The position numbers and the translations under genes are program-made. A DNA stretch of 64,000 nt from Escherichia coli (GTDB lineage: Bacteria > Pseudomonadota > Gammaproteobacteria > Enterobacterales > Enterobacteriaceae), in assembly GCF_024502345.1 (NCBI RefSeq), contig NZ_JALDNN010000001.1; one strand, given 5' to 3'. The notes beneath the pieces were generated by a model. It saw only the letters and a list, made by a program, of their open reading frames with translations. It was not told where the DNA came from and did not search any database. Numbering within the stretch: position 1 is the first letter of the stretch; the number at the start of each line of letters is the position of its first letter. This document shows, piece after piece, positions 1-13,566 of the stretch.

Positions 1-665
1 TCTACAGCAATACGATGGCGGACAATATTGCTTACCGTGAACAGATTGGTGCGGAGCCACGTAACCGTGGCAAGCCGGTAGATGATATGTTGCTGGTAGA
101 CGAAATGCAGCAATCGCTGGGGCGCAACCCGGATGGTAAGCATCTGATCATTCTGCATACCAAAGGTTCGCACTTTAACTACACCCAGCGTTACCCGCGC
201 AGCTTTGCGCAGTGGAAGCCGGAATGTATTGGTGTTGATAGCGGATGTACCAAAGCGCAGATGATCAACTCCTATGACAACTCGGTGACCTATGTGGATC
301 ACTTTATCTCCAGTGTGATTGATCAGGTTCGCGATAAGAAAGCGATTGTGTTCTACGCAGCTGACCACGGCGAGTCAATTAATGAACGCGAGCACCTGCA
401 CGGCACGCCGCGTGAACTGGCACCGCCGGAGCAGTTCCGCGTACCGATGATGGTCTGGATGTCAGATAAATATCTGGAAAATCCGGTCAATGCGCAGGCG
501 TTTGCGCAGCTGAAAAAAGCAGCCGACATGAAAGTGCCACGCCGTCACGTAGAGCTGTACGACACCATCATGGGTTGTCTTGGCTATACTTCACCGGATG
601 GTGGAATTAACGAAAACAACAACTGGTGTCACATCCCGCAGACAAAAGAGGCAGCGGCTAACTAA
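1..665 (+). CDS. eptB: Kdo2-lipid A phosphoethanolamine transferase, C-terminal part (5' end outside window)
   Basis: Open frame runs from window edge to stop at 663-665; sulfatase-like C-terminus; lies next to proK and dppA as in K-12. Confidence 0.8.
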   Translation, partial: YSNTMADNIAYREQIGAEPRNRGKPVDDMLLVDEMQQSLGRNPDGKHLIILHTKGSHFNYTQRYPRSFAQWKPECIGVDSGCTKAQMINSYDNSVTYVDHFISSVIDQVRDKKAIVFYAADHGESINEREHLHGTPRELAPPEQFRVPMMVWMSDKYLENPVNAQAFAQLKKAADMKVPRRHVELYDTIMGCLGYTSPDGGINENNNWCHIPQTKEAAAN

Positions 666-756
666 GAGGCCTGCTGACTTTCTCGCCGATCAAAAGGCAT
701 TTTGCTATTAAGGGATTGACGAGGGCGTATCTGCGCAGTAAGATGCGCCCCGCATT

Positions 757-833
<77 letters not shown>

Positions 834-840
834 ATTTAGA

Positions 841-868
841 AAAACCAGTCTACGGGCTGGTTTTTTGC
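841..868 (+). terminator. Rho-independent terminator after proK
   Basis: Hairpin accagtc-tacg-ggctggt followed by TTTTTT. Confidence 0.6.
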
Positions 869-924
869 TTTCTGCGACCTGAAGAGGATGAGAACCTCCG
901 GGGGCAGGGAGGTTCGGCTCGACG

Positions 925-1011
925 TAGGCCTGATAAGACGCGTCAGCGTCGCATCAGGCAACGGCACCGCACTCATTGTCGGATGCAGCGTACCCGTCTT
1001 ATCCGACCTAA
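925..1011. repeat. REP/BIME palindromic units
   Basis: Two REP-like palindromes (gcctgataagacgcgtcagcgtcgcatcaggc and gtcggatgcagcgtacccgtcttatccgacc). Confidence 0.6.
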
Positions 1012-1549
1012 ACGGCAGCACACCACACATTTCCCTGCCAAATTTGCGCCCCATATCTCACAATCCATTAACGGATTTGTGACAGAAACCATTGTCTTTT
1101 TTTATATTTGCTTAAATCTTTTTTTGCGTTACTTATGGCTGGCGCTGGCATTTTCCGCTGTGCGTTTTAGCGTTCATGGTATTAATCGCTCAGATATCCA
1201 CCTTTTCCTCAGATTTTTTCATTAAATGCATAAAACTTAATCACCAAATGTTGCTAAATATTAAGCTGATTGTTCTGGTCATGTTGGAGTAGCACAAATT
1301 TCTCTGCTGCAAATAGCTGTTTGAAGTTTTTTTAATCTTTGTTTGTGGATTCTCACCGTTGGTGTAAATCCCGGTTGGCTGTATTGACGTTTTCACATTC
1401 TGTTGACAGATTGTAGGTCACGAGGGGCATTTTATGGAGGATCCGCACTGTTACACTGATGTTAATTAGTACGGCATCCCCACCTCATAACGTTGACCCG
1501 ACCGGGCAAAAAACAAAAAAGGTCAGGCAGCGACAACCCACTGCAAAGG

Positions 1550-1578
1550 GTTAAAACAACAAACATCACAATTGGAGC
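1550..1578 (+). promoter_or_regulatory. C/A-rich element in dppA 5' UTR, the known GcvB sRNA target type
   Basis: aacaacaaacatcacaattggagcag just upstream of the dppA start; long leader 1230-1584. Confidence 0.45.
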
Positions 1579-1584
1579 AGAATA

Positions 1585-3192
1585 ATGCGTATTTCCTTGA
1601 AAAAGTCAGGGATGCTGAAGCTTGGTCTCAGCCTGGTGGCTATGACCGTCGCAGCAAGTGTTCAGGCTAAAACTCTGGTTTATTGCTCAGAAGGATCTCC
1701 GGAAGGGTTTAACCCGCAGCTGTTTACCTCCGGTACCACCTATGACGCCTCTTCCGTACCGCTTTATAACCGCCTGGTTGAATTTAAAATCGGCACCACC
1801 GAAGTGATCCCGGGCCTCGCTGAAAAGTGGGAAGTCAGCGAAGACGGTAAAACCTATACCTTCCATCTGCGTAAAGGTGTGAAGTGGCACGACAATAAAG
1901 AATTCAAACCGACGCGCGAAATGAATGCCGATGACGTGGTGTTCTCGTTCGATCGTCAGAAAAACGCGCAAAACCCGTACCATAAAGTTTCTGGCGGCAG
2001 CTACGAATACTTCGAAGGCATGGGCTTGCCAGAGCTGATCAGCGAAGTGAAAAAGGTGGACGATAACACCGTTCAGTTTGTGCTGACTCGCCCGGAAGCG
2101 CCGTTCCTCGCTGACCTGGCAATGGACTTCGCCTCTATTCTGTCAAAAGAATATGCTGATGCGATGATGAAAGCCGGTACACCGGAAAAACTGGACCTCA
2201 ACCCAATCGGAACCGGTCCGTTCCAGTTACAGCAGTATCAAAAAGATTCCCGTATCCGCTACAAAGCGTTTGATGGCTACTGGGGCACCAAACCGCAGAT
2301 CGATACGCTGGTTTTCTCTATTACCCCTGACGCTTCCGTGCGTTACGCGAAATTGCAGAAAAATGAATGCCAGGTGATGCCGTACCCGAACCCGGCAGAT
2401 ATCGCCCGCATGAAGCAGGATAAATCTATCAACCTGATGGAAATGCCGGGGCTGAACGTCGGTTATCTCTCGTATAACGTGCAGAAAAAACCACTTGATG
2501 ACGTGAAAGTTCGCCAGGCTCTGACCTACGCGGTGAACAAAGACGCGATCATCAAAGCGGTTTATCAGGGCGCGGGTGTATCAGCGAAAAACCTGATCCC
2601 GCCAACCATGTGGGGCTATAACGACGACGTTCAGGACTACACCTACGATCCTGAAAAAGCGAAAGCCTTGCTGAAAGAAGCGGGTCTGGAAAAAGGTTTC
2701 TCCATCGACCTGTGGGCGATGCCGGTACAACGTCCGTATAACCCGAACGCTCGCCGCATGGCGGAGATGATTCAGGCAGACTGGGCGAAAGTCGGCGTGC
2801 AGGCCAAAATTGTCACCTACGAATGGGGTGAGTACCTCAAGCGTGCGAAAGATGGCGAGCACCAGACGGTAATGATGGGCTGGACTGGCGATAACGGGGA
2901 TCCGGATAACTTCTTCGCCACTCTGTTCAGCTGCGCCGCCTCTGAACAAGGCTCCAACTACTCAAAATGGTGCTACAAACCGTTTGAAGATCTGATTCAA
3001 CCGGCGCGTGCTACCGACGACCATAACAAACGCGTTGAACTGTACAAGCAAGCGCAGGTGGTGATGCACGATCAGGCTCCGGCACTGATCATCGCTCACT
3101 CCACCGTGTTTGAACCGGTACGCAAAGAAGTTAAAGGCTATGTGGTTGATCCATTAGGCAAACATCACTTCGAAAACGTCTCTATCGAATAA
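1585..3192 (+). CDS. dppA: Dipeptide ABC transporter periplasmic binding protein
   Basis: 535-aa ORF with signal peptide and SBP family 5 sequence; first gene of dppABCDF. Confidence 0.96.
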   Translation: MRISLKKSGMLKLGLSLVAMTVAASVQAKTLVYCSEGSPEGFNPQLFTSGTTYDASSVPLYNRLVEFKIGTTEVIPGLAEKWEVSEDGKTYTFHLRKGVKWHDNKEFKPTREMNADDVVFSFDRQKNAQNPYHKVSGGSYEYFEGMGLPELISEVKKVDDNTVQFVLTRPEAPFLADLAMDFASILSKEYADAMMKAGTPEKLDLNPIGTGPFQLQQYQKDSRIRYKAFDGYWGTKPQIDTLVFSITPDASVRYAKLQKNECQVMPYPNPADIARMKQDKSINLMEMPGLNVGYLSYNVQKKPLDDVKVRQALTYAVNKDAIIKAVYQGAGVSAKNLIPPTMWGYNDDVQDYTYDPEKAKALLKEAGLEKGFSIDLWAMPVQRPYNPNARRMAEMIQADWAKVGVQAKIVTYEWGEYLKRAKDGEHQTVMMGWTGDNGDPDNFFATLFSCAASEQGSNYSKWCYKPFEDLIQPARATDDHNKRVELYKQAQVVMHDQAPALIIAHSTVFEPVRKEVKGYVVDPLGKHHFENVSIE

Positions 3193-3342
3193 TTAAAAGC
3201 CATACCCGGTGGTGCTGTGCCTCTGCGTGCAGCGCCATCCGGCAGCAATACTTCATTCCCTGCCCGACCTGGGCGGGAATTGATTTGTGAGCAATACAGA
3301 CACGCAGTTCCAGGCTGCGGGTCACTACAGAGAATCCGGGTT

Positions 3343-4362
3343 ATGTTGCAGTTTATTCTCCGACGTTTGGGACTCGTCATCCCCACGTTTATCGGTATTA
3401 CCCTTCTCACATTTGCCTTTGTCCACATGATCCCGGGCGATCCGGTGATGATCATGGCGGGCGAACGTGGGATCTCCCCAGAGCGTCACGCGCAGTTGCT
3501 GGCTGAACTCGGCTTAGATAAACCGATGTGGCAGCAGTATCTCCATTACATTTGGGGCGTTATGCATGGCGATCTAGGCATTTCAATGAAAAGCCGCATC
3601 CCGGTTTGGGAAGAGTTCGTGCCGCGCTTCCAGGCCACGCTGGAACTTGGTGTCTGCGCGATGATTTTTGCTACGGCAGTCGGTATTCCGGTTGGTGTGC
3701 TGGCTGCGGTTAAACGCGGTTCCATTTTCGATCACACAGCGGTTGGCCTGGCGCTGACAGGTTATTCAATGCCTATCTTCTGGTGGGGAATGATGCTGAT
3801 CATGCTGGTTTCGGTGCACTGGAACCTGACGCCCGTCTCCGGTCGCGTGAGCGATATGGTGTTCCTCGATGATTCCAATCCGTTAACCGGTTTTATGCTG
3901 ATCGACACCGCCATCTGGGGTGAAGACGGTAACTTTATCGATGCCATCGCCCATATGATCTTGCCCGCCATTGTGCTGGGTACTATTCCGCTGGCGGTCA
4001 TTGTGCGTATGACACGCTCCTCGATGCTGGAAGTGCTGGGTGAAGATTACATCCGCACCGCGCGCGCCAAAGGGTTGACCCGCCTTAGGGTGATTATCGT
4101 CCATGCGCTGCGTAACGCGATGCTGCCGGTAGTGACCGTTATCGGCCTCCAGGTGGGAACATTGCTGGCGGGGGCGATTCTGACCGAAACCATCTTCTCG
4201 TGGCCTGGTCTGGGGCGCTGGTTGATTGACGCGCTGCAACGCCGCGATTATCCGGTGGTTCAGGGCGGCGTATTGCTGGTGGCAACGATGATTATCCTCG
4301 TCAACCTGCTGGTCGATCTGCTGTACGGCGTGGTGAACCCGCGTATTCGTCATAAGAAGTAA
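3343..4362 (+). CDS. dppB: Dipeptide ABC transporter permease
   Basis: 339 aa from ATG 3343 (MLQFILRRLG...); the ORF track's upstream in-frame extension lacks permease sequence. Confidence 0.93.
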   Translation: MLQFILRRLGLVIPTFIGITLLTFAFVHMIPGDPVMIMAGERGISPERHAQLLAELGLDKPMWQQYLHYIWGVMHGDLGISMKSRIPVWEEFVPRFQATLELGVCAMIFATAVGIPVGVLAAVKRGSIFDHTAVGLALTGYSMPIFWWGMMLIMLVSVHWNLTPVSGRVSDMVFLDDSNPLTGFMLIDTAIWGEDGNFIDAIAHMILPAIVLGTIPLAVIVRMTRSSMLEVLGEDYIRTARAKGLTRLRVIIVHALRNAMLPVVTVIGLQVGTLLAGAILTETIFSWPGLGRWLIDALQRRDYPVVQGGVLLVATMIILVNLLVDLLYGVVNPRIRHKK

Positions 4363-4371
4363 GGGGACATC

Positions 4372-5274
4372 ATGTCACAGGTTACTGAAAATAAAGTGAT
4401 TAGCGCACCGGTGCCGATGACCCCGTTACAGGAGTTCTGGCACTATTTTAAACGCAACAAAGGCGCGGTCGTCGGGCTGGTTTACGTCGTCATCGTGCTG
4501 TTTATCGCGATCTTTGCCAACTGGATTGCTCCCTATAACCCGGCGGAACAATTCCGCGATGCGCTGCTTGCCCCGCCCGCCTGGCAGGAAGGCGGCAGCA
4601 TGGCGCACTTGCTGGGCACCGATGACGTAGGGCGTGATGTGCTGTCGCGCCTGATGTACGGCGCGCGTTTATCGCTGCTGGTTGGCTGTCTGGTGGTGGT
4701 GTTATCGCTGATTATGGGCGTTATTCTCGGCCTGATCGCCGGTTACTTTGGCGGCCTGGTCGATAACATCATCATGCGCGTGGTCGATATCATGCTGGCG
4801 CTGCCAAGTCTGCTGTTGGCACTGGTGCTGGTGGCGATGTTCGGCCCGTCGATTGGTAACGCCGCGCTGGCGCTGACCTTTGTTGCCTTGCCGCACTATG
4901 TGCGCTTAACCCGCGCCGCCGTGCTGGTGGAAGTTAACCGCGATTACGTTACCGCGTCTCGCGTGGCAGGTGCCGGGGCGATGCGTCAGATGTTTATTAA
5001 CATCTTCCCGAACTGCCTTGCGCCTCTGATTGTTCAGGCGTCGCTCGGTTTCTCTAACGCCATTCTCGATATGGCTGCTCTTGGTTTCCTCGGCATGGGG
5101 GCGCAGCCGCCAACGCCGGAGTGGGGCACCATGCTCTCCGACGTGTTGCAGTTCGCGCAAAGCGCCTGGTGGGTCGTGACCTTCCCGGGTCTGGCGATCC
5201 TGCTGACGGTGCTGGCATTTAACCTGATGGGTGACGGTCTGCGTGACGCGCTCGATCCCAAACTGAAGCAGTAA
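4372..5274 (+). CDS. dppC: Dipeptide ABC transporter permease
   Basis: 300-aa polytopic permease. Confidence 0.95.
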   Translation: MSQVTENKVISAPVPMTPLQEFWHYFKRNKGAVVGLVYVVIVLFIAIFANWIAPYNPAEQFRDALLAPPAWQEGGSMAHLLGTDDVGRDVLSRLMYGARLSLLVGCLVVVLSLIMGVILGLIAGYFGGLVDNIIMRVVDIMLALPSLLLALVLVAMFGPSIGNAALALTFVALPHYVRLTRAAVLVEVNRDYVTASRVAGAGAMRQMFINIFPNCLAPLIVQASLGFSNAILDMAALGFLGMGAQPPTPEWGTMLSDVLQFAQSAWWVVTFPGLAILLTVLAFNLMGDGLRDALDPKLKQ

Positions 5275-5284
5275 GAGGTTCGAA

Positions 5285-6268
5285 ATGGCGTTATTAAATG
5301 TAGATAAATTATCGGTGCATTTCGGCGACGAAAGCGCACCGTTCCGCGCCGTAGACCGCATCAGCTACAGCGTAAAACAGGGCGAAGTGGTCGGGATTGT
5401 GGGTGAGTCCGGCTCTGGTAAATCGGTCAGTTCGCTGGCGATTATAGGGCTGATTGATTATCCGGGCCGCGTAATGGCGGAAAAGCTGGAGTTTAACGGT
5501 CAGGATTTACAGCGTATCTCAGAAAAAGAGCGCCGCAACCTGGTGGGTGCCGAAGTGGCGATGATCTTCCAGGACCCGATGACCAGCCTTAACCCGTGCT
5601 ACACAGTGGGTTTCCAGATCATGGAAGCGATTAAGGTGCATCAGGGCGGTAATAAGAGCACTCGTCGTCAGCGGGCGATTGACTTGTTGAATCAGGTCGG
5701 TATTCCCGATCCGGCTTCGCGTCTGGATGTTTACCCGCATCAGCTTTCCGGCGGCATGAGCCAGCGCGTGATGATTGCGATGGCCATTGCCTGTCGGCCA
5801 AAACTGCTGATTGCCGATGAACCAACCACTGCGCTGGACGTGACCATTCAGGCGCAAATCATTGAACTACTGCTGGAGCTACAGCAGAAAGAGAACATGG
5901 CGCTGGTGTTAATTACCCATGACCTGGCGCTGGTGGCGGAAGCGGCACATAAAATCATCGTGATGTATGCCGGTCAGGTGGTGGAAACGGGCGATGCGCA
6001 CGCCATCTTCCATGCGCCGCGTCACCCGTATACTCAGGCATTGCTGCGTGCGCTGCCGGAATTTGCTCAGGACAAAGAACGTCTGGCATCGTTGCCTGGC
6101 GTTGTTCCCGGCAAGTACGACCGCCCGAACGGCTGCCTGCTTAACCCGCGCTGCCCCTATGCCACTGACAGATGTCGCGCTGAAGAACCGGCGCTGAATA
6201 TGCTCGCTGACGGGCGTCAGTCCAAATGCCATTACCCACTTGATGATGCCGGGAGGCCCACACTATGA
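5285..6268 (+). CDS. dppD: Dipeptide ABC transporter ATP-binding protein
   Basis: 327 aa, Walker [12 protein letters not shown] signature LSGGMSQR. Confidence 0.95.
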   Translation: MALLNVDKLSVHFGDESAPFRAVDRISYSVKQGEVVGIVGESGSGKSVSSLAIIGLIDYPGRVMAEKLEFNGQDLQRISEKERRNLVGAEVAMIFQDPMTSLNPCYTVGFQIMEAIKVHQGGNKSTRRQRAIDLLNQVGIPDPASRLDVYPHQLSGGMSQRVMIAMAIACRPKLLIADEPTTALDVTIQAQIIELLLELQQKENMALVLITHDLALVAEAAHKIIVMYAGQVVETGDAHAIFHAPRHPYTQALLRALPEFAQDKERLASLPGVVPGKYDRPNGCLLNPRCPYATDRCRAEEPALNMLADGRQSKCHYPLDDAGRPTL

Positions 6269-7269
6269 GTACGCAAGAGGCCACCTCGCAACAACCGCTG
6301 TTGCAGGCTATCGACCTGAAAAAACATTATCCGGTGAAGAAAGGCATGTTCGCGCCGGAACGTCTGGTTAAAGCGCTGGATGGCGTTTCGTTTAACCTTG
6401 AACGTGGCAAAACGCTGGCGGTAGTAGGTGAATCTGGCTGCGGTAAATCGACCCTCGGTCGGTTGTTGACGATGATTGAAACACCTACCGGCGGTGAACT
6501 GTATTACCAGGGGCAGGATCTGCTCAAGCACGATCCGCAGGAGCAGAAACTGCGTCGGCAGAAAATCCAGATCGTCTTCCAGAACCCCTATGGTTCGCTG
6601 AATCCGCGTAAAAAAGTCGGGCAAATTCTTGAAGAGCCGCTGCTTATTAACACCAGCTTAAGCAAAGAACAGCGTCGGGAAAAAGCCCTGTCGATGATGG
6701 CGAAAGTCGGCCTGAAAACCGAGCACTATGACCGCTATCCGCATATGTTCTCCGGCGGACAACGTCAGCGTATCGCTATTGCCCGTGGTCTGATGCTCGA
6801 CCCGGACGTGGTGATTGCCGATGAACCGGTCTCCGCGCTGGACGTCTCGGTGCGTGCACAGGTGCTCAACCTGATGATGGATTTGCAGCAGGAACTGGGG
6901 CTTTCTTATGTCTTCATCTCCCACGACCTGTCGGTGGTGGAGCACATTGCTGATGAAGTGATGGTGATGTACCTGGGCCGCTGCGTGGAGAAGGGAACGA
7001 AGGACCAAATCTTCAATAACCCGCGCCATCCGTACACTCAGGCGCTACTTTCCGCGACGCCGCGCCTGAATCCGGACGATCGCCGCGAGCGCATCAAACT
7101 CACCGGTGAGCTGCCAAGCCCGCTGAATCCACCGCCGGGCTGCGCGTTTAACGCCCGCTGTCGTCGGCGCTTCGGCCCCTGCACCCAGTTGCAGCCGCAG
7201 CTAAAAGACTACGGCGGTCAACTGGTAGCTTGTTTTGCTGTTGATCAGGATGAAAATCCGCAGCGTTAA
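6265..7269 (+). CDS. dppF: Dipeptide ABC transporter ATP-binding protein
   Basis: 334 aa, Walker [10 protein letters not shown], signature [12 protein letters not shown] overlap with dppD. Confidence 0.95.
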   Translation: MSTQEATSQQPLLQAIDLKKHYPVKKGMFAPERLVKALDGVSFNLERGKTLAVVGESGCGKSTLGRLLTMIETPTGGELYYQGQDLLKHDPQEQKLRRQKIQIVFQNPYGSLNPRKKVGQILEEPLLINTSLSKEQRREKALSMMAKVGLKTEHYDRYPHMFSGGQRQRIAIARGLMLDPDVVIADEPVSALDVSVRAQVLNLMMDLQQELGLSYVFISHDLSVVEHIADEVMVMYLGRCVEKGTKDQIFNNPRHPYTQALLSATPRLNPDDRRERIKLTGELPSPLNPPPGCAFNARCRRRFGPCTQLQPQLKDYGGQLVACFAVDQDENPQR

Positions 7270-7274
7270 CTCAC

Positions 7275-7300
7275 AAAACCGGGGCCATGCGCTCCGGTTT
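7275..7300. terminator. Bidirectional hairpin between convergent dppF and yhjV
   Basis: aaaaccggggccatgcgctccggttt inverted repeat. Confidence 0.45.
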
Positions 7301-8359
7301 ACTCAATCAGCTTCAACAGTGGCGACAAGCATAGCAAAATGCCGTAAAGCAGAATTAGCCAGGCTTTAAATCCGCGAAGTTTTTCCAGTTGTGCGACTTT
7401 ATAGATCAGGAAAAACGGAATGAGGCACGACACAATGCCATATAACGGGCTTCCCAACTGAAAGAACACCAGCACCGATACACGAAACGAAACCCAAATC
7501 GTCAACGTAATGACGATAAAAGCGCAGATCGCCAGAGTCAGCATGCGTGAGTTAATTTTCTTGGTATCAATAATTCGGCTTAACAGATTGAGAATAATGC
7601 CTTTAATAGCCTCGTGGAAACCGAGATAAATGCCAAAGAATGCGGTCAGTACGGCAAAGATATTCAGCACCGTAGAGGTGATATGAATGATATGTCCAGG
7701 GATCACCTGCGCGGCCAGTGCCAGTGCCGAGATATTTTGTTCAAAGGCAGAAACGGCTTCTTCGTGGCTAATTGAGAAGGTAAACGAAAAGGCAAAAAAC
7801 AGGATCACCGCGATGAGCGTGATATAACTAATTCGATGGGTACGCAGCGCGAGCCGGGTTGCCAGTACTTTATCTGCTTCCCGTTTACGATAGGCAATAT
7901 TCATTGGGTTAAGTACCTGAATAAATACCGCAGAAAAGAAGCAAAATGGAATGGTAAGCAGGACATCGCGGAAAAAGACGGAGGCTTGCGGGAAGGCGGT
8001 TATATTGGCGAAATTCCAGTGCGGGATCATCGCAAAACCGAACACGACAATAATCCCTACTTTGACCACCACCATTGGCCCAGAAATCTTAAACAGTAAT
8101 CGTTCACCACCAGACGCAATCGCTACCAGTACGGCGAAAATAGCGACTTTATAAAGTAGAGATTGTGAAAGATCGGCATCGGTTAAACCGAAGGTTTTCA
8201 GGTACGAGGCGCTGTCGAAAACCACGGAGAGAGAGTAGATAAAAATCCCGTGGATAATCATCAAAAAGTAGATAACCCCGAGGAAAATTCCCCAGTTCTT
8301 CCCCAGGTAATGACTGATAATATCGGTGTAGTCATTACAGGAATCGCTTTCAGAAAGGG
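7299..8359 (-). pseudogene. yhjV: Putative HAAAP-family amino-acid transporter, 5'-truncated by IS1
   Basis: Polytopic membrane ORF; reading frame stays open upstream of the first in-frame start up to the IS1 left end at 8360; K-12 YhjV is ~423 aa from memory, so ~70 N-terminal codons are missing. Confidence 0.7.
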
Positions 8360-8414
8360 GGTGATGCTGCCAACTTACTGATTTAGTGTATGATGGTGTT
8401 TTTGAGGTGCTCCA

Positions 8415-8690
8415 GTGGCTTCTGTTTCTATCAGCTGTCCCTCCTGTTCAGCTACTGACGGGGTGGTGCGTAACGGCAAAAGCACCGCCGGACATCAGCG
8501 CTATCTCTGCTCTCACTGCCGTAAAACATGGCAACTGCAGTTCACTTACACCGCTTCTCAACCCGGTACGCACCAGAAAATCATTGATATGGCCATGAAT
8601 GGCGTTGGATGCCGGGCAACCGCCCGCATTATGGGCGTTGGCCTCAACACGATTTTCCGCCATTTAAAAAACTCAGGCCGCAGTCGGTAA
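8415..8690 (+). CDS. insA: IS1 InsA
   Basis: 91-aa ORF with C-x2-C...C-x2-C zinc-finger N-terminus. Confidence 0.93.
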   Translation: MASVSISCPSCSATDGVVRNGKSTAGHQRYLCSHCRKTWQLQFTYTASQPGTHQKIIDMAMNGVGCRATARIMGVGLNTIFRHLKNSGRSR

Positions 8691-9112
8691 CCTCGCGCAT
8701 ACAGCCGGGCAGTGACGTCATCGTCTGCGCGGAAATGGACGAACAGTGGGGATACGTCGGGGCTAAATCGCGCCAGCGCTGGCTGTTTTACGCGTATGAC
8801 AGGCTCCGGAAGACGGTTGTTGCGCACGTATTCGGTGAACGCACTATGGCGACGCTGGGGCGTCTTATGAGCCTGCTGTCACCCTTTGACGTGGTGATAT
8901 GGATGACGGATGGCTGGCCGCTGTATGAATCCCGCCTGAAGGGAAAGCTGCACGTAATCAGCAAGCGATATACGCAGCGAATTGAGCGGCATAACCTGAA
9001 TCTGAGGCAGCACCTGGCACGGCTGGGACGGAAGTCGCTGTCGTTCTCAAAATCGGTGGAGCTGCATGACAAAGTCATCGGGCATTATCTGAACATAAAA
9101 CACTATCAATAA
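8609..9112 (+). CDS. insB: IS1 InsB reading frame (expressed as InsAB' by -1 frameshift)
   Basis: 167-aa ORF in -1 frame relative to insA; A6C slippery run at 8666-8672. Confidence 0.88.
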   Translation: MPGNRPHYGRWPQHDFPPFKKLRPQSVTSRIQPGSDVIVCAEMDEQWGYVGAKSRQRWLFYAYDRLRKTVVAHVFGERTMATLGRLMSLLSPFDVVIWMTDGWPLYESRLKGKLHVISKRYTQRIERHNLNLRQHLARLGRKSLSFSKSVELHDKVIGHYLNIKHYQ

Positions 9113-9127
9113 GTTGGAGTCATTACC

Positions 9128-10013
9128 GGATTCCGGTGCCAGCGTGGCGGTCGGCTGGCGAAATGACGTCTGGAGCTGGGATATCGGTACCACGCCGATG
9201 GGCTTCAACGTGGTGGATGTGGTCGGCGGCATCAGTTACAGCGATGATATCGGGCCGCTGGGTTACACCGTTAACGCCCACCGTCGGCCCATCTCCAGTT
9301 CTTTGCTGGCCTTTGGTGGGCAAAAAGACTCCCCGAGCAATACCGGGAAAAAATGGGGTGGCGTACGTGCCGACGGTGTGGGGCTAAGTCTGAGCTACGA
9401 TAAAGGTGAAGCAAATGGCGTCTGGGCATCGCTTAGTGGCGACCAGTTAACCGGTAAAAATGTCGAAGATAACTGGCGCGTGCGCTGGATGACGGGCTAT
9501 TACTATAAGGTCATTAACCAGAACAATCGCCGCGTCACAATCGGCCTGAACAACATGATCTGGCATTACGACAAAGATCTGAGTGGTTACTCACTCGGTC
9601 AGGGCGGTTACTACAGTCCGCAGGAATACCTGTCGTTTGCCATACCGGTGATGTGGCGGGAGCGCACGGAAAACTGGTCGTGGGAGCTGGGGGCGTCTGG
9701 CTCGTGGTCGCATTCACGCACCAAAACCATGCCGCGTTATCCGCTGATGAATCTGATCCCGACCGACTGGCAGGAAGAAGCTGCGCGGCAATCCAACGAT
9801 GGCGGCAGCAGTCAGGGCTTCGGCTATACGGCGCGGGCATTACTTGAACGACGTGTTACTTCCAACTGGTTTGTCGGCACGGCAATTGATATCCAGCAGG
9901 CGAAAGATTACGCCCCCAGCCATTTCCTGCTCTACGTACGTTATTCCGCCGCCGGATGGCAGGGTGACATGGATTTACCGCCGCAGCCGCTGATACCTTA
10001 CGCCGACTGGTAA
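9128..10013 (+). pseudogene. bcsC: Cellulose synthase outer-membrane subunit BcsC, 3'-terminal remnant only
   Basis: ~295 C-terminal codons in frame immediately after the IS1 right end; the rest of bcsC and the upstream bcs genes are absent. Confidence 0.8.
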
Positions 10014-10094
10014 GTTTTCAGATAGCGCCTCTCTTAATGCCGCTGCGATCGGGTATACTCGGGCGGCAATCTGGGATTTCCGGGGGGAGACAAT

Positions 10095-12083
10095 TTGCGC
10101 GTAAGTCGCTCGTTAACAATCAAGCAGATGGCAATGGTGGCAGCCGTTGTCCTGGTGTTCGTTTTTATTTTTTGCACCGTTTTGCTGTTCCATCTGGTCC
10201 AGCAGAATCGCTATAACACGGCTACGCAACTGGAAAGCATTGCTCGCTCTGTCCGCGAACCTTTATCTTCAGCCATTTTGAAAGGTGATATTCCCGAAGC
10301 GGAAGCTATTCTTGCCAGCATTAAACCGGCAGGCGTGGTCAGCCGTGCCGATGTAGTGCTGCCCAACCAGTTCCAGGCGCTGCGTAAAAGTTTTATTCCA
10401 GAGCGCCCGGTGCCGGTAATGGTTACTCGCCTGTTTGAGCTACCGGTTCAAATCTCGCTGGGCGTTTACTCGCTCGAACGTCCGGCAAATCCGCAGCCAA
10501 TTGCCTATCTGGTGCTACAGGCGGATTCCTTCCGTATGTATAAGTTCGTGATGAGCACCCTCTCAACGTTAGTGACCATTTACTTACTTTTGTCGTTAAT
10601 ATTGACGGTGGCGATTAGCTGGTGCATTAACCGCCTGATTTTGCATCCGTTACGCAATATTGCTCGCGAACTTAACGCCATCCCAGCCCAGGAGCTTGTT
10701 GGTCACCAACTGGCATTACCGCGTCTGCATCAGGATGATGAAATCGGTATGTTGGTGCGCAGTTACAACCTCAACCAGCAATTGCTGCAGCGCCATTATG
10801 AAGAACAGAACGAAAATGCGATGCGCTTCCCAGTGTCGGATTTGCCGAACAAAGCCTTGCTGATGGAGATGCTGGAGCAGGTTGTCGCGCGTAAACAAAC
10901 CACCGCGCTGATGATCATCACCTGTGAAACCCTGCGTGATACTGCGGGTGTGCTGAAAGAGGCGCAACGAGAAATTCTGCTGCTGACGCTGGTGGAAAAA
11001 CTCAAATCGGTACTGTCGCCACGTATGATCCTCGCGCAGATTAGCGGTTATGACTTTGCTGTCATTGCCAATGGTGTACAGGAACCGTGGCACGCAATCA
11101 CCTTAGGTCAGCAAGTGCTCACTATCATGAGCGAGCGCCTGCCGATTGAACGTATTCAACTCCGTCCGCACTGTAGCATTGGCGTGGCGATGTTCTACGG
11201 CGATCTCACCGCCGAACAGCTTTACAGTCGCGCTATTTCTGCGGCATTTACCGCTCGCCATAAAGGCAAGAATCAGATTCAGTTCTTTGATCCGCAGCAG
11301 ATGGAAGCCGCCCAGAAGCGGTTGACGGAAGAGAGCGATATCCTTAATGCACTGGAAAATCATCAGTTTGCTATTTGGTTACAGCCACAGGTCGAGATGA
11401 CCAGCGGTAAACTGGTCAGTGCGGAAGTGTTACTGCGTATCCAGCAACCGGATGGCAGTTGGGACCTGCCGGATGGCTTAATCGAGCGCATTGAGTGCTG
11501 TGGGCTGATGGTTACCGTCGGTCACTGGGTGCTGGAAGAGTCCTGTCGATTGCTTGCAGCCTGGCAAGAGCGCGGCATTATGCTGCCCTTGTCGGTAAAC
11601 CTCTCTGCGCTGCAACTGATGCACCCGAATATGGTGGCGGATATGCTGGAACTGTTAACCCGCTATCGCATTCAGCCGGGAACACTGATTCTGGAAGTGA
11701 CAGAAAGCCGACGTATTGACGACCCTCATGCTGCGGTGGCAATCCTCCGTCCGCTGCGCAATGCTGGAGTTCGGGTGGCGCTGGATGATTTCGGCATGGG
11801 CTACGCAGGGCTGCGTCAGCTGCAGCATATGAAATCGTTGCCAATCGACGTTCTGAAAATCGACAAAATGTTTGTTGAAGGCTTGCCGGAAGATAGCAGC
11901 ATGATTGCTGCAATTATCATGCTGGCGCAGAGCCTGAACTTACAAATGATTGCCGAAGGCGTGGAGACTGAAGCACAACGCGACTGGCTGGCAAAAGCGG
12001 GCGTTGGTATTGCCCAGGGCTTCCTTTTTGCTCGTCCACTCCCTATTGAAATCTTCGAAGAGAGTTACCTGGAAGAAAAGTAG
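10095..12083 (+). CDS. pdeK: c-di-GMP phosphodiesterase, HAMP-GGDEF(degenerate)-EAL membrane protein
   Basis: 662-aa ORF with N-terminal TM segments and C-terminal EAL domain; start ambiguous (TTG at 10095, ATG at 10128). Confidence 0.85.
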   Translation: MRVSRSLTIKQMAMVAAVVLVFVFIFCTVLLFHLVQQNRYNTATQLESIARSVREPLSSAILKGDIPEAEAILASIKPAGVVSRADVVLPNQFQALRKSFIPERPVPVMVTRLFELPVQISLGVYSLERPANPQPIAYLVLQADSFRMYKFVMSTLSTLVTIYLLLSLILTVAISWCINRLILHPLRNIARELNAIPAQELVGHQLALPRLHQDDEIGMLVRSYNLNQQLLQRHYEEQNENAMRFPVSDLPNKALLMEMLEQVVARKQTTALMIITCETLRDTAGVLKEAQREILLLTLVEKLKSVLSPRMILAQISGYDFAVIANGVQEPWHAITLGQQVLTIMSERLPIERIQLRPHCSIGVAMFYGDLTAEQLYSRAISAAFTARHKGKNQIQFFDPQQMEAAQKRLTEESDILNALENHQFAIWLQPQVEMTSGKLVSAEVLLRIQQPDGSWDLPDGLIERIECCGLMVTVGHWVLEESCRLLAAWQERGIMLPLSVNLSALQLMHPNMVADMLELLTRYRIQPGTLILEVTESRRIDDPHAAVAILRPLRNAGVRVALDDFGMGYAGLRQLQHMKSLPIDVLKIDKMFVEGLPEDSSMIAAIIMLAQSLNLQMIAEGVETEAQRDWLAKAGVGIAQGFLFARPLPIEIFEESYLEEK

Positions 12084-12229
12084 CTACCCCAAACTGATTA
12101 CAAAACTTTAAAAAGTGCTGGTTTGTGCGAGCCAGCTCAAACTTTTTAACCTTTTTGTTTCAATTATGATCCAGGTACATTTCTGTGATGTTGTCTGGGT
12201 GTTATTTTAAGGCCGCAGGTACCCCATAA

Positions 12230-13552
<1,323 letters not shown>

Positions 13553-13566
13553 TCTCATCACTTATG

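Larger units (their letters stand above)
8360..9127 (+). mobile_element. IS1 insertion sequence (768 bp), no flanking target duplication
   Basis: Terminal inverted repeats GGTGATGCTGCCAACTTACTGAT (left) and ATCAATAAGTTGGAGTCATTACC (right); insA/insB inside. Confidence 0.95.

Noticed and set aside
3883-4353. 156-aa minus-strand ORF, and similar ones at 4906-5361 and 6232-6624
   Set aside because: All are antisense within dppB/dppC/dppD/dppF coding sequence; the dpp genes are well supported, so these are shadow ORFs.
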